From the NCBI RefSeq assembly GCF_001194135.2, contig NC_069006.1, positions 12,378,505 to 12,424,938 on the forward strand: a stretch of 46,434 bases of DNA, given 5' to 3'. Of the stretch, positions 46,194-46,434 are shown in pieces. Both the position numbers and the translations under genes were made by a program. Position 1 is the first letter of the stretch, and each line of letters starts with the position of its first letter. The stretch comes from Octopus bimaculoides. Its lineage: Eukaryota. A model generated the notes under the pieces. It was not told where the DNA came from. It ran no database searches and saw only the letters and a program-made list of their open reading frames with translations.

Positions 46194-46434
46194 TTATGTT
46201 TGACTTTTGCTTTGCATGTGTACAAGTTGGCTCCAAATCTCACCCAGAGACTTCTATTATTATTATTATTGACTTTTGCTTTGCATTTGTACAAGTTGGA
46301 TCCAAGTCTCACCCAGAGACCTCAAGAGACAACAAGTTAGAAGTTCATGTAAGTGTTATGCCTAGGGTACCATATATTTGGATTTGTACAGTTTTGTTCT
46401 TCTGAATGTTTAAGAAACCATAAGAAAATTATGT
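46194..46434 (-). mobile_element. Probable LINE 3' end with duplicated terminal unit and (AAT)n tails
   Basis: 51-bp unit at 46202-46252 and 46271-46321, each followed on the minus strand by (AAT)n. Confidence 0.5.

Overview
Repeat-saturated, gene-poor eukaryotic DNA from a short-read draft assembly (12 N-gaps, about 4.0 kb in total, most next to microsatellites). The SINE and LINE families and the extreme (TA)n/(CA)n/(CAT)n load look like an Octopus genome; this is recognition, not a search result. I cannot support any intact host protein-coding gene. Every ORF with a recognisable motif is a decayed transposon. These include many RTE LINE pieces with (GAT)n tails, one with a PHD-like finger just after YADD, and two pieces of a second RTE type ending in a C2H2 finger. 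There is a CR1-type RT, two kinds of restriction-like-endonuclease LINE (R4/Dong-like in a (TAA)n tract; HERO-like), three D34D mariners, a Tc1-like fragment, four SINE-like families and several MITE/fold-back elements. The least obvious signal is a set of type-I hammerhead ribozyme motifs with palindromic stem III (Penelope-type). Three are near-intact and sit in two long fold-backs (11.5 kb and 27.2 kb); three more are decayed. Also notable: an 800-bp TGCA-rich, Cys-repeat-like tract, a G-U-completed 76-nt hairpin, and a local duplication in which one half is inverted and the other is not.
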